This document shows, in pieces, positions 11,223-24,120 of a stretch of 64,000 bases of DNA; the first letter of the stretch is position 1, and each line of letters opens with the position of its first letter. This DNA is from Chiloscyllium plagiosum (lineage: Eukaryota), in NCBI RefSeq assembly GCF_004010195.1, contig NC_057728.1, forward strand, positions 6,789,988 to 6,853,987, written 5' to 3'. The translations under genes were made by a program, and so were the position numbers. The notes below the pieces were generated by a model that did not search any database, was not told the origin of the DNA, and worked only from the letters and a program-made list of their open reading frames with translations.

Positions 11223-14200
11223 AGTGACCTGTACGCAGTGCACTTTGAGGAAATCTGGCATCTCAGTAAATAGATGTGTGTGGCAGGACAGAATGAAATT
11301 TCATCCACTTTGAATTAAATAGAGAGCCCAAAGGCGATGCAACAGCCAGTGGAATACTGAGCTTTCAGCTCTAGAAGTCAGATGTACAGAGGCTCATCAC
11401 CACAATCACATTTACAAATGCAGGGTAATCTGTTACCCTGCCGAGGTTACCGCTTTGGCTGTAGCAGGTACCAGATTTCAGTGGGTATGTACTTATTGAA
11501 ACATAGGGATGGTGTACATTGTTCCTGACTCAGGTTTAGAGAGGAGTATTGTTCCCTGAGTACTTTAGGTTGATCTGATCTGCTGAGTGACCATCACTCC
11601 TTCCTCTTCACTCTCCCAGCAGCTCGTCCTGCTCAGCTTAATCTCCAATCATTCTTCAATCATATTATATTCCAAGGGGAAGGGTTACTAGAGCTCAAAT
11701 GCTAGGAGCAACTGATTGGTGCATTAGTCTTGAAGTCACCAAATTGTCCTTCTGCACCTGCCACACCAATCCATGTTGACATTTTCCACTTGAAACAGCT
11801 ATAGAGAAGACCAACCTCCTGTCGAATCATAGCATTTACCAAAATAAATCATCTAGCAACTAACCTATAAATAACTAATAATGCCTTTAAATAGGCTTGG
11901 TGGGAGTTCCTTCCTGCTGCTCAGTGTGCATTCAGAGGTCTTTGGTTAGGAGAGTGCTAATTGCAGTATTGATTTCCAAAATTGCTCTACTTCTGTTACA
12001 AGTTGACTAAAGTTATCATTTGCCTGCTCTGCATACAGATAATGACTGTGGATGTACTCATGCCTTCATCAATACATCTTCCAGCACAATTCACTTCATC
12101 TTCATTCTCTCCAGAAACCATTGTGGAGCCTCACCTCTTGTAATACTCTGAAAAATGTGATATGCACATGCCCAATCTCTCCCCCAGTTGGTTTTAGTGA
12201 TGTTAGTTAAGGGATGACTGTTGGCTGTAATTCAGGTATTTTCTTTTCAGATAATGATTGGGATCTTTTACAGTAACTGGTTGGGAAGGTTGGGAGCAGA
12301 TGGGTCTTTGTTTCAATATCTCAAGCCCCACTCTAAAGATTAGAGCACAAATTCCAGGCTGGTCCTCCAGTTCAGGACTGAGGCATTGCTGCACCATTAA
12401 GTCTTTATGGGGAAATGGCCTACAGACTATTCAACCAATAGGCTTTTACAATCATATTCACCAAATTATACCTTACCACTAACATCCTGGATGCCACTGG
12501 CATCAGGACTGAGTATGCCCTGCCCCACCGTTGGTGTACATAAGGAAGGAATTTCCATTAGAGCCATCAAATATGACTGTAGATCCCATGAAGTCTCATG
12601 GCATTAGGTCAAACATTAGCAAGGGAACGTCCTGCTGATCACCACCTATATGCCTCCCCTCAGTTGTACCATTCCATATTGACTATCACTTAGAACAAGT
12701 ACTGAGGGTATTGAGGGTATAGAATGTACCCTGTGTGGGATACTTCAATGTCCACTACCAAACATGATGTGTTAAGTCCCATTATTAACCAAACTGGCCA
12801 AGCTCTCAAAGACGTATCTGTCAGCAGTTGAAGGGGGACCAACATATGGGAAAAGTCAACCTGACCTCTACCTTAAAATCTATGTGTCATGGTTGAAGTG
12901 ACCACTGTAAGGTCCTTGGAGAGAAGATGTCCTGTCTTTACACCGAATACACTGTTCATCATGTGGAACTACCACCGTGATAAATGGAATAGACTCAGAT
13001 CAGAGCAAATAGAAACTGAGCACCCATGAGGCACTGTGGGCCATCAGCAGCAGCAAGATTGTATTCAGCCACAATCTGTGATGTAAGCAATTCACATTTC
13101 AAATGATTCATATATGACAGGCGAAAGGGGTTGGCAAACCAATTCTGATCAGCCGAGGTGTTGCCATGGACAAAGCAATGGAGACATTAAGACTCTCTAA
13201 GCTGCTGAGTAATTCAAAAAACGTGCAAGACCTGAATGCATTCCTTTTGTTTGCAGTGAACTGGTCCCTCTTTATAAATGTCTGCTGTTTCTAATAGGCA
13301 GAAATGAACAACTTAATGGGTTTGACTGAGTATTTTAAATTTAGATCAATTGAAAGTCAACTGGGATTTTGATTGGGCTGGAAAGTGTGCTGGTGTAACC
13401 AACACAGTATGTCAATACATGCCTTTAGTCCTCCACTGCAGGGCCATCATTATAAATGAGAAGCCATCTTCAAGTTCATTGAGACACTAATACAGCACAA
13501 AATAAATCTCATGAAGCCAACTCTTTCTCTTCTTCAGTTGCCAGAACATTTGTCTCCGGAGTGGAGTTCTTCATTTCCATTGGCTTCCCTCATCTCGTTT
13601 GAACATCAATGTGGTAGAGTAGGCAGAGGATGGGAATAGAACAATGTGCAGCGGGGTTCAATGAAATAGGGTCTGAGGAGACTCATATGGAGCAGAAATA
13701 GATTGGTTGGTATGAATGGTCTGACTCCGTGCTGTCAACTCTATGTCATTTTGATGTCAATTCTATGTCACATTGAAGTTAAGGCATTCCATCTGGGTCA
13801 TATTATATCTTGAGGATTTCCCGAGATCACATTGCAAGCCTAAAAATATGCAGAGCTAGAGAGTGACTGAATTGACTATCTTGCTGTGTTAGTGACTGGA
13901 TGCATGGTGGAAATGGGTCAGCATACCTTTCGTTTTACTCTCTGGGTGCAATAATGAGACCTAATTCCCAGCTATAATGAGAACGCTGATTGTATCTAAT
14001 TGGTGTGGACTGAAACGAACCTTATATTCAGACCCTGAAGTCTCTTGTTTAAGTACAGGAAGAGTATAATTTCTAAACAAGGAACAAAAATAACTCATTG
14101 TTGGTAAGTTATGGAATTGGGAGAAAGCTACTTTACATCTCACCCATTGGTGATATACAAACAAAGGCAAAACACTGCAGATGCTGGAAATCTGAGACAA

Positions 14201-15064
14201 TCACAGAGAATGCTGAAGAATCTCAGCAGGTTGGACAGAAACAGCATTAAGATTTCGAGTCTATTGTAACTCCTTTTCAGAACATTGTTGCTGTTGAGTT
14301 TGAAGTTAAGTAGGGGTGTAATTAGCAGTATTGCACCTCATCTTGTAGGTTCTCCATCTGACCAGTTGGTCTATCATTAACCCCATGATTTTGAGTCATG
14401 CTGGTGCCTTTTTTCTGCTAAAGGCCATTCTCTATTGAGTCAATACAAAATATATTTGAAGCTGAAAAACATTTTCAGAGCTGTGGGGAAAACAGCAGCA
14501 GAGTGACCTTTTCTGTTGTATAATTCTGGAATGCTGAATGAGATGTTGATGTGGGTAAAGAAGGTATATTTATCCCCAACACACTGTGAAGCAATTCACT
14601 TTCTTTGAAATATCTTTTGACATTGTCACTGTAATGGAGGCAGTCAATACGTCCTCAGAACAATGCCACAAACAAAAAAACTGAGGATGCTGGTGGCCTG
14701 GAATAAACAAAAACAGAAATTGCTGGAGAAACTCAGCAGGTCATAGAGTCATAGAATCTTAGAGATGCACAGCACAGAAACAGACCCTTCAGTCCAACTC
14801 ATCCATGCCGACCAGATATACTATCCTAATCTAGTCCCATTTGCTCGCATTTGGCCCATATCCCTCTAAACCCTTCCTTTTCATTTCTCCATCCGAATGT
14901 ATTTGGCAGTACCTGTGCAATGAGAAACAGAGGTCATGTTTCAAATTTATTGACCCGGCCCCCCCCATTTTGGAACCCTTCTGCCACCAGAACAACATTG
15001 AAATAAACTGATGCTTGCAAAGAGATGTGTTGGTCAGTAATGTTTCATTCCATTGTTTCTTGAA

Positions 15065-15200
15065 AGTATGCTATGGGATCTTTTACACCAGAGAGAGCAG
15101 TTGGTACCTCTGACACTGCAGCCCTCCCTCAGTGAGGCAGTAGAGTATGACACTAGATTCTGTACTCCAGTTTGTACATGGTTGAACCTATACCATGGTT
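15065..15200 (+). mobile_element. Ancient Deu-domain-like SINE remnant (similar remnants near 3200, 12200, 31850, 32650 and 56300)
   Basis: gctatgggatcttttacacc...cctctgacactgcagccctccctcagt resembles the DeuSINE (AmnSINE1/SacSINE1) domain and tail as I recall them. Strongly decayed. Confidence 0.4.
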
Positions 15201-16289
15201 GAACATCCATCAAACAGAGGCAAAGCTGATAAAGGACTGACTAGTTCGTCACAGGAGATAGCCAAATCCAATCATTCTCTTCTTTGCTAATTCTTTTTTT
15301 TCCTTTTTTTAAAATCTACTCTTCGTTCTTCACAAGCTGCCTGGGATTTCTAAGTTGTTTTTATTGGTGCATAATGCAGTCGGAAACTTCTTCCCAAGAA
15401 AAAAAAATCTAGGTTAGTAGTTCTTTGACCTAAGAAATACCTGCTAAATTTAAATGCTTTTGCTTCGACCTTAAGTGTGCAAACAGAGAGAAAAAAGGAA
15501 GTATTTTTGGAACCTTGCTTAGGTTTTATTTTCATGAGCTTCATTTTCTAATCACACAGTGGTTAATTGTGGCAGAAATAATGGACACTGGGCAAATTGG
15601 TTTTGTGCACGTGGAATTGCAAACATCATTACTGCAATTTGTAATAATTAATACTTTCTCAGTTCATGTGAATCTCACACTCTTCTCTCAAAGCATCATT
15701 GAAACTTTTATACCCACCCCAAAGGATCGGTATCGAAGTTCACAATTCAGATTTGCCTTAGTTATACTGGGAATTGAGTGATCCCATGTAAACCATCGAC
15801 TTTCTTCAGACAAGAGGATGGGGTCATCTTATCCTGAAGCATCTTACATCCAATGAAGACCTTTCCATTAAAATTGGATTGAAGCCAGATAGAAATCCAG
15901 ACAGCATTCCTTTGTATATAGGGTTTAATAGTTGCCCAGTCTTACAGCTCTTTCCATCCCACAGTCCCAGCCTTTCTAGACATTTTCTCATCCCTAATCA
16001 GGGATGTTGACACACCACTGGAGCAGGTGGGACTTGAACCCAGGCCTCTTGGTCTAGAGGTAGTGACAATGCCTCTGTGCCACAAGAGACACCTGTTCAC
16101 CCTTTTTATCTATCCAGTCAATTAATTTATCAATTAACCTCAATCACCTGCATAACAACTTAGTATATAAGACCATATGAGTGACATAGCATAATGTCCC
16201 TACCTCAGAGCCAGAAGGCCTGGGTTCAAGTCCCACCTGCTTCGGTAGTATGTAATAACATCCCTGAACAGGTTGATTAGAAAATGTCT

Positions 16290-17200
16290 ATGAAATCTTC
16301 AGACATAGGAGCAGAAACCGGCCATTGATCCAATGCGTATGCTCTGGCACTAAGTGAGGTTATAGCTAATCTAATAATCCTTAACCCCACATTCATGCAT
16401 AATTCTTGACTCCCCTCCTGATTAGAAATCTGTCTCAACCTTGGATATATTTAATGACCCAGCCTTTACAGCACTCTGCAGTAAAGAATTCCATAGACTC
16501 ACTCTGGTCTGAAAGAAGCTCTTCCACCTCATCTCTGTTTTAAATGGCTGACCATTTACTCTGAGAGTCTGCCCTCTGGTCCTTGACTCTCCCACAAGGG
16601 GAAACAAGCTCTCTGCATCTACTCTGCCAAACACTAAGAACCTTATAAATTTTATAGGTTGGCTTCTCATTCTTAAAATGCCATTGAATACTCAACCTCT
16701 CCTCATAAGAAAGTCCCTTTGTCCCCAGAATCGACCCAGTGAACCTCCTCTGGACTGTCTCCAATGTCAATTATCTTTGCTTAGGTCAGAGGATCAAAAC
16801 ATTTCACAGGATTCTACAGCTGCCTTCTCAATTACCTGCTGAACAGGAATGCTAGTTGTTTTGTGGGTCATGCATGAGGACTCCCAGATCCCTCTGCACT
16901 GCAATTTTCTGCAGTTTTTTTTTGCCAATCAAACAAATATTCAGCTCTTCAATTCTTCCTGCAAAAGTATATAACCTCACATTTCATTCCAATTTCTCAA
17001 CCTGTCCATATCCCTCTGCAGACTCTTGTGTAATTTTCACTAGTTACCTTCCCACTTATTTTTGTGTCATCTGCAAACTTGGCAATAGTATATTCACAGC
17101 TGTCATTCATCATTATCCATCATTAATAAATAATTGTGGCCCCAACACTGGTGCTTCTGGCTCGCCACTAGATACAGCTTGCCATAAAATGCACCCTTTA
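16290..17200 (-). mobile_element. Decayed CR1-clade LINE fragment
   Basis: Minus-strand ORFs LETVQRRFTGSILGTKGLSYEERL and LFPLVGESRTRGQTLRV...RVSLWNSL. Confidence 0.8.
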
Positions 17201-17427
17201 GCTAAATTCTTGGTCATGTAGTCATACAGTCATAGAGTCATAAAGTCATATAGCACAGAAGCAGACCCTTCAGTCCACACTGACCATATTCCCAAACTAA
17301 ACTAGTCCCACTTGTTGACCTATCACCTTCATCCCCTCCCCCACTCACCCATTGTACTCTATGCTACTTTCTCCCCACCCCCACCCTCCCCAAGCTTATC
17401 TCGCCACGCTTCAGGCTCTCTGCTTTT

Positions 17428-17463
17428 ATTCCTGATGAAGGGCTTTTGCCCGAAACGTCGATT
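17428..17463 (+). ncRNA. Minimal type I hammerhead ribozyme motif, copy 1
   Basis: CTGATGA (17432-17438), extra A, stem II GGGC-TTTT-GCCC, GAAA, palindromic ACGT helix III, GTC cleavage triplet ending at 17459. Helix I (attc/gatt) is short and has a mismatch. Confidence 0.7.
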
Positions 17464-17570
17464 TCGAGCTTCTCTGTGTGTTGGGTTTAAATTAGCAGAG
17501 GAATTTACCCCGTGTCGTAATAGTTTGGGGGCTTTTGTCCATTATTTGAACAAGTTTAGACAGATCTTTT

Positions 17571-17606
17571 ATTCCTGATGAAGGGCTTTTGCCCGAAACG
17601 TCGATT
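17571..17606 (+). ncRNA. Minimal type I hammerhead ribozyme motif, copy 2
   Basis: Identical core to copy 1: CTGATGA at 17575-17581 and GTC ending at 17602. Confidence 0.7.
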
Positions 17607-17668
17607 TCGAGTTTCTCTGTGTGTTAGGTTTAAATTAGCAGAGGAATTTACCCCGTGTCGTAATAGTT

Positions 17669-17683
17669 TGGGGGCTTTTGTCC
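17669..17683 (+). promoter_or_regulatory. Degenerate primer-binding site (tRNA-Pro-like); second copy at 17526-17540
   Basis: tgggggcttttgtcc lies 3 nt after the LTR end. The canonical tRNA-Pro PBS is TGGGGGCTCGTCCGGGAT. Confidence 0.6.
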
Positions 17684-20600
17684 ATTATTTGAACAAGTTT
17701 AGACAGATCTGGTCTGAGGTTACTTGTGGTTGGTTAAATTAAAAGTGAGAGAAATGGCTCTTAAAATTGCTAAAGAAGTTCTGGGTTTTGAACCTGATTC
17801 CCAAATTTGCCAACTTTAGAAAGAAAAGACCATACTCTTCAAATTAGTGAGAAGGTTAGGATTGGGTTTAACCAAGTACAAAAATAAAGCGGAAATTGTA
17901 AGGGAATTAGTCAAACACATGGAGGTGTCAAAGAAACAGACAAGTGCAGTCGAGTTGGAAAAACTTAAATTACAATTGAGGAAAATACAATTAGAAGATA
18001 AAGAAAGGGAGACAGAAAGAGAGAGAGAAGGTTCTTAGCTGAGCAAAAAGAGAAAGAATTTGAACTTGAGAAGTTGCTACTTAGTCAGCAAAGTCAAACT
18101 AACAGGATGGAGATTAAAAGAGAAGGTAGCGATATACACAAATACGTCAAAACTCTGCACACTTTGATGAGAAAGATGTCAAAGACTTCTATATTTCAAT
18201 TGAAAGTTGGCTAGGCAGATGGAGTGGTCCAAGGATTTATGGGTAAAGCTAGTTCGAAATAAACTGGTAGGCAGAGCTAGTGAGGTATTTGCCACACTGT
18301 CGGATGAGGAGTCAAGAGATTATGAAGAGGTTAAATAGGCTATTTAAAGTGCTTATGAACTGGTATCAGAAGTGTATAGACAGTGGTTCAGAAACATAAA
18401 GAAGGAACCAGGTCAGACTTATGTTGACTTTGAAATAATTAAACATAGTCATTTTGCTAGATGGGTGAGGGCCTTTCAGATAGGTAAAACCCATGAGGCT
18501 CTAAGAGAGATTATTCTGCTGGATGAGTTTAAAAACTCACTTCCAGAGATGGTAAGAATTCATGTGGAGGGACAGAAAGTTCAGGAAGTGAGAAGGGCAG
18601 CAGAATTAGCAGATGAGATGTTGGTGTATAAGACAAGCTTCTGGCCGGAGTTTCGTCCCCTTGAGAAAAGGGGAGATCCCACCCTGCAAAACAAAGAGTA
18701 GAGAACACTGGTAAGTGTTTACCACAGTTTAAAAAAGTAGCCCAAGAGGGTGGATAGGAGGTGAAAGGCCTCAGGTGTTTCCACTGTGGCAAAGTGGGAC
18801 ACATGAGGTCACAGTGCTGGTTGGTAAAGAAAGGCGCTGTGGGAAAAGATGGTGAAAGAAGCTAAGCCAGTGGCATTAATGAAAGTAGTAAAGGAGACCC
18901 CAAGAAGAGCCAAAGAGCTGCAGGAGAGTACACAGCCTAGGCATGGGCTGTGTATGGAGTTAGTGCCTGATCTCTAAAGAATTCACCTCTGTGGGTCAGA
19001 AAGAACAGGGTGAGAAAAACAAGAAGTTATAATTTTGAGAGATAGAGGATCTAACCAATCTCTAATAGTGTAAGGTGAATGAATTTGCACTCTTTCTGAT
19101 CTGTTACCTGAGAATGTGGTAATTTGTGGGATAGATGGACAGAAATATAGCATTCCCCTATGTAAGATCAGGTTGGAGTGCCAACTTAAGACTGGGGGAG
19201 TAATAGTGGGAATGAGTGACAGCATGTCAGTTCCAGGGATCCAGTTTGTTCTTGGGAATGATTTAGCAGGGTCCAAGGTGGGAATGACACCCTTGTTGTG
19301 GAGAAGCCCAAGGAAGATCAAGAAACCGAGGACTTAAAAGAAAAATATCCTGGTATTTTCCCAGAAGTTGTGGTAACAAGATCCCACTATCATGTCACAG
19401 TACAAAGTAAAGAGAAAGATGAAGGAGTTGAGGTTCAGTTAGTGGATACCCTGTTTGACGTAATGGTGCAGGAAAAACCTGAACAGGCAGAGTGTCAGAC
19501 AGAAGTGTTTAGTCCTGAAAGGCTAAGAGACTTGCAACAGCAAGAAAAGACAATAAAAGATACGTACTCTGAAAAGGAGGCAGAGAATATTCCTGAGGGC
19601 TATTTTCTGAAAGATGGAATCCTAGGACGGAAACGAGAACACGGCAGGTTAGTGCAGAGGAGAAATGGGCCATAGTGCACCAGATTGTGTTGCCGGTAGC
19701 ATACAGACAGGAGGTGTTATGGGTAGCATATGAACTACCTGTAGGAGGTCACCTAGGGGTTTGAAAGACTCAGGCTAAGGTGCCAAAACATTTTTATTGG
19801 CCTGGAATGCACAAGGATGTGGTTAACTTTTGCCGTACATGTCATACGTGCCAAATGGTAGGTAAGCTACAGGCGGTAATAAAACCAGTACCTTTGTTGC
19901 CAATTCCCACATTCGAAGAACCTTTCACACAGGTTATAATTGATTGTGTAGGTCCCCTCCAGAGAGCTAGAAAAGAGAAAGAATTAGAGAAACAGGTGTA
20001 AGTCACTGCCCTGCAGAGTGAGGAATCAAATCCAGATGATGTGGATTTTGATGTACCTCAAAATATATTTAAAAATGAAGAAGTCCTTGAGGTGTGGGAT
20101 AGGTTAGTAACCTATCTGTCTCAGGAGCATAGAATGCAGTTGAAAGATTTGTTACTGCAGTATAAGGACATATGTAAGAGTCAGATGGGGAGGACTAATG
20201 CTATTGTACCTGAGGTCAACGTAGGGAATACTGTTCCAATAAAACAACACCCGTATCGGCTTAATCCTTTCAAAGCCAGACAGGTCCAGATGGAGGTGGA
20301 GGCCATGCTTGACAAGGACATCATCGAACCAAGCCAGAGTGAGTGGAGTTCGCCAATCATCTTAGTTCCCAAACCGGACGGGGCTCAACAATTCTGCGTG
20401 GATTATCGGAAGGTCAACGTTGGTACAAAATTGGACTCATATGCAATACTGAGATTGGAGGACCGCATCGAGAAAGTTGGACAAGGCAGTTACTGACAGG
20501 TACCTTTATCAGAAATGATGAAAGAAATTTCTGCATTCATAACTCCAAATGGGCTATATCAGTTTAAAGTGATGCCCTTTGGAATGAAGAACGCACCCAC

Positions 20601-21588
20601 CACATTCCAAAGACTCATGAACAGAGTTGTGGCTGGGTTAACAAATTGTGTAGTCGATTTGGACAACGTAGTGATCTTTAGTAAATTCCGGAACGATCAC
20701 ATGGTACAGTTGGCAGACCTCTTTGAACGACTACAAGCAGCAAGACTGGTGATAAACAAAATTGAATTCGCAAAAGCAGAGGTGATGTAACATCAGTCAT
20801 GGAAGGTTGACTCCACAGAACGCAAAGATGAAGCCCATCGATGAATTTCCACGACAAACCTTGAAGAAAGAGGTTCTTTGATTTTTGGAACTAAGCGGAT
20901 TCTATCAGAAGTTTGTTCCAAATTTCAACACTGTAGTGGCACTGTTAACCGATTTGCTGAAGGAGAACACAAAGTTTAGGTGGATAGAACCATGCCAGAA
21001 TGCAGTCAACCATTTAAAAGCAATTTTACCTACCACGCCGGTTTTAGCTACACCAAGCTTTTCGAAACCTTTCAAAGTTGCCATCAATTCTAGTGACACA
21101 GGAGGTGGAGCTGTACTGCTGCAGGAAGTTGATGATGGGATTGAGCTGCCAGTTGGTGACTTCTCAAAGAAACTCAATATCCTCCAGAGGTAATACTCCA
21201 CTATCGAAAAATAACTGTTCAGTTTGGTACTGGCCACACAATATTTTAATGTGTACGTTATGAACAATGTGTCGGAGACAGTTGTGTACACGAATCACAA
21301 TCCTCTTATATTCTTGGAATGCTGTAAAGAAAAAATATGAAACTATTCCATTGGAGTTTTATGTTACAGGCTTCTAATTTACAAATCATACATGTTGTGG
21401 CTCGTAAGAATGTAATCGCAGATGCGTTATCACGGATTTAACTGATAGATTGGTATCTATTCAATGTTTTATATATGGGAAGAAGTTAATATGAACTTAG
21501 ATTAAAGTTATATGTACGTCATGATAATGTGGTTAAGGAATAGAAAATAAAAGAAACCACTTTTCATTATGATGGTACATTTTTTCTT

Positions 21589-21599
21589 AAGGGGGGAGG
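21589..21599 (+). promoter_or_regulatory. Polypurine tract
   Basis: aaggggggagg immediately precedes the TG that starts the 3' LTR. Confidence 0.85.
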
Positions 21600-22660
21600 T
21601 GTTATTAAGGCATGTACTATACCTTCAAGAGTGAGAGGAAGCTGGCAAGGACTGACCAAAAGCACAGAGAGTGCTGAACAAGGTAAAAATGTAACACTTG
21701 GTTAAAACAAATAGCTGGAGTTGTGTTGCCATGGAACAAAAACAATTCAAATTTGGCCAGTCAGTTTAAATAATGCCCAGATATCAGATTAGATTAGATA
21801 TTTGATTAGATTACTTACAGTGTGGAAACAGGCCCTTCGGCCCAACAAGTCCACATCGACCCGCCGAAGCATAACCAACCCAGACCCATTCTCCTACATT
21901 TATCCCTTCACCTAACACTACGGGCAATTTAGCGTGGCCAATTCACCTAACCTGCACATTTTTGGATTGTGGGAGGAAACCGGAGCACCCGGAGGAAACC
22001 CACGCAGACACGGGGAGAATGTGCAAACTCCACACAGTCAGTCGCCTGAGGCGGGAATTGAACCCGGGTCTCTGGCACTGTGAAGCAGCAGTGCTAACCA
22101 CTGTGCTACCGTGCCGCCCACAGTCCAATCGAATTTGAATTTAGTGTTTTGATGACATCAAACCAATGAAATGATCCAATATTTGGGGGTATAAAACCAG
22201 ATATTTTGAACAGTTAGGAGGAGAACTACCAAGCACCAACAAGTATAGACTGCTAACCAAATAGCCCTCTAAAAGGTACCTGTCCATAAGCTAAGTTGTG
22301 CAGCAAAAGACCGAAAAAGTGGTGACCCCGAAAAACCCAGAGGAAAATCTACAGAGGAAATTCGACAAAGCTGACTGGCTTTGAAATGTGATTTTTTAAA
22401 TATAAATCATAATCAGGTTTTTTTTTTAATCAGACCAGTATTGTAGAATGGGAGGTAAAAGATAGGCTTAAGAGAAAGGAGTTGTAAATAGTGGTTTTAA
22501 TGTTCTCTGTTGAACTTAATGAATAAAATTGTTAATTTTTATTTTAAATAGTGAAATCTGGAATAGCTCATTGCCTCTTGAAATTTAACAGATTACGCAT
22601 GAGTGAGCTTCTCCGTGTATCAGGTTTAAATTAGCAGAGGGGTTTACCCTGTTCATTACA
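21600..22660 (+). repeat. 3' LTR (contains a SINE insertion)
   Basis: Starts with TG after the PPT and ends with CA at 22660. TATA-like ggtataaaa near 22188 and AATAAA near 22522. Confidence 0.8.
21786..22120 (-). mobile_element. Full-length HE1-type V-SINE inserted in the 3' LTR
   Basis: Head gggcggcacggtagcacagtggttagcactgctgc, complete V-domain (tgtgtggagtttgcacattctccccgtgtctgcgtgggtttcctccgggtgctccggtttcctcccaca) and (tctaa)n tail. Confidence 0.9.
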
Positions 22661-24120
22661 GTTGTAATTGTACCCACATGCATCACTTCCTCTGGCAGTT
22701 CATTCCATGCATGAAGCACTTGCTGTGTGAAAACATTGTACCTCATGTTCTTTGTAACTCTTTCTCCTCTCACCTTAAAAAACATGTCCCTTAGTTTTGA
22801 ACTACCCCACCCTACGGAAAAGGCTTTTGCTATTCACCTTATCTATACCTGTCATGATTTCATAACCTTCTGTAAGGTCATCTGTCAACCTCCTACGTTG
22901 TAGTGAAAAAGGTCCTATTTTTATAAGTTAAACCCTCCATTTCTGGCAACATCTTGGTAAATGTTTTCTGAACCCTATCCAATTTAATAATATCCTTCCA
23001 ATAACAGGGTGACCAGAACTGCACAACAGTACTCTCGAACCTTTATTAGTTAGACAATCAGTATCCATGCTAATATACTACGCCCAACATCTTTTATCTT
23101 GTTAAGTCACCTCATGTCTGGAACCTTATTGAACGCCTTTGGATATCCAAGTATATTGCACAAACTGATTTCCTTTTACCCATTTTGCTTGTTACTTCCT
23201 TAAAGAATCTGATGAACTTGTCAAGTCTGATTTGCCCTTTCTGAAGTTATGCTGATACTGTCAGATTATGTTGCTTATTTATATTCTGCTATTATATCCT
23301 TTTCAAAGGATCTAATATTTTTCTAATGACAGATATGTTCAACTAAGTGCCCTATAGTTATAACATTTTTCTCCCTGTTTCTGAAAAAGGTTATTATGTT
23401 TGCCATTTTCTGGGAGCTTTGCAGAATTTAGGGATTCTTGGAAGATTAGAGTCATAGAGATGTGCAGCATGGAAACAGATCCTTTGGTCCAACTCGTCCA
23501 TGCCGACCAGATATCCCAACCCAATCTAGTCCCACCTGCCAGTACCCGGCCCATATCCCTCCAAACCCTTCCTATTCATGTACCCATCCAAATGCCTCTT
23601 AAATGTTGCAATTGTACCAGCCTCCACCATTTCTTCTGGCAGCTCATTCCACTCTCTGAGGCCCCTTAGGTCTCTTTTATATCTTTCCCTTCTCAACCTA
23701 AACCTATGCTCTCTAGTTCTGGACTCCCCAACCCCAGGGAAAAGACTTTACCTATTTATCCTATCCGTGCCCCTCATAATTTTGTAAATTTCTGTAAGGT
23801 CACCCCTCAGCCTCCGACGCTCCAGGGAAAACAGCCCCAGCCTGTTTAGTCTCTCCCTATAGCTCAAATCCTCCAAGCCTGGCAACATCCTTGTAAATCT
23901 TTTCTGAACCCTTTCAAGTTTCACAATATCTTTCCGATAGGAAGGAGACCAGAATTGCACGCAATATTCCAACAGTGGCCTAACCAATGTCCTGTACAAC
24001 CGCAACATGTCCTCCCAGCATCCAGTAGCTCTCCAGCTATTTCCTTTAGAATCCTAGGATGCAGCCCATTAGATCCATGGGATTTATTAGGCTTTAGTCC
24101 CATCAATGTCCTTAATGCTT
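22661..24120 (-). mobile_element. Cluster of CR1/HER1 LINE fragments
   Basis: ORF 23748-24008 LRLYRTLVRPLLEYCVQFWSPSYRKDIVKLERVQKRFTRMLPGL. CR1 tail agagtcatagagatg at ~23448. Confidence 0.88.

Larger units (their letters stand above)
17423..17710 (+). repeat. 143-bp tandem duplication (PLE hammerhead + LTR end + PBS)
   Basis: Units 17423-17567 and 17566-17710 share a 2-bp junction overlap (ct). I see two substitutions between them. Confidence 0.95.
17609..22660 (+). mobile_element. Defective Gypsy LTR retrotransposon of Gmr1 type (gag-PR-IN-RT-RH order), 5' LTR truncated
   Basis: 57-bp 5' LTR remnant (17609-17665) matches the 3' LTR end (22605-22660). Other parts: PBS-like tgggggcttttgtcc, gag from ATG 17754, CCHC knuckle CFHCGKVGHMRSQC (18776-18817), protease ILRDRGSNQSLI (~19032), integrase Zn region WPGMHKDVVNFCRTCHTCQ...IDCVGPL, RT (PIKQHPYR, FCVDYRKVN, MPFGMKNAP), RNase H, PPT and TG...CA 3' LTR. 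Many stops and frameshifts. Confidence 0.92.

Noticed and set aside
17423-17710. CRISPR-like array
   Set aside because: Eukaryotic DNA, only two units and no variable spacers.
17754-21440. Domesticated or active gag-pol gene
   Set aside because: Numerous stops and frameshifts, a deleted integrase core and mutated catalytic motifs.
22040-22120. tRNA genes (A/B-box sequences here and near 7900, 16030, 16200, 27670 and 48630)
   Set aside because: They are SINE heads continuing into SINE bodies, with no complete cloverleaf.
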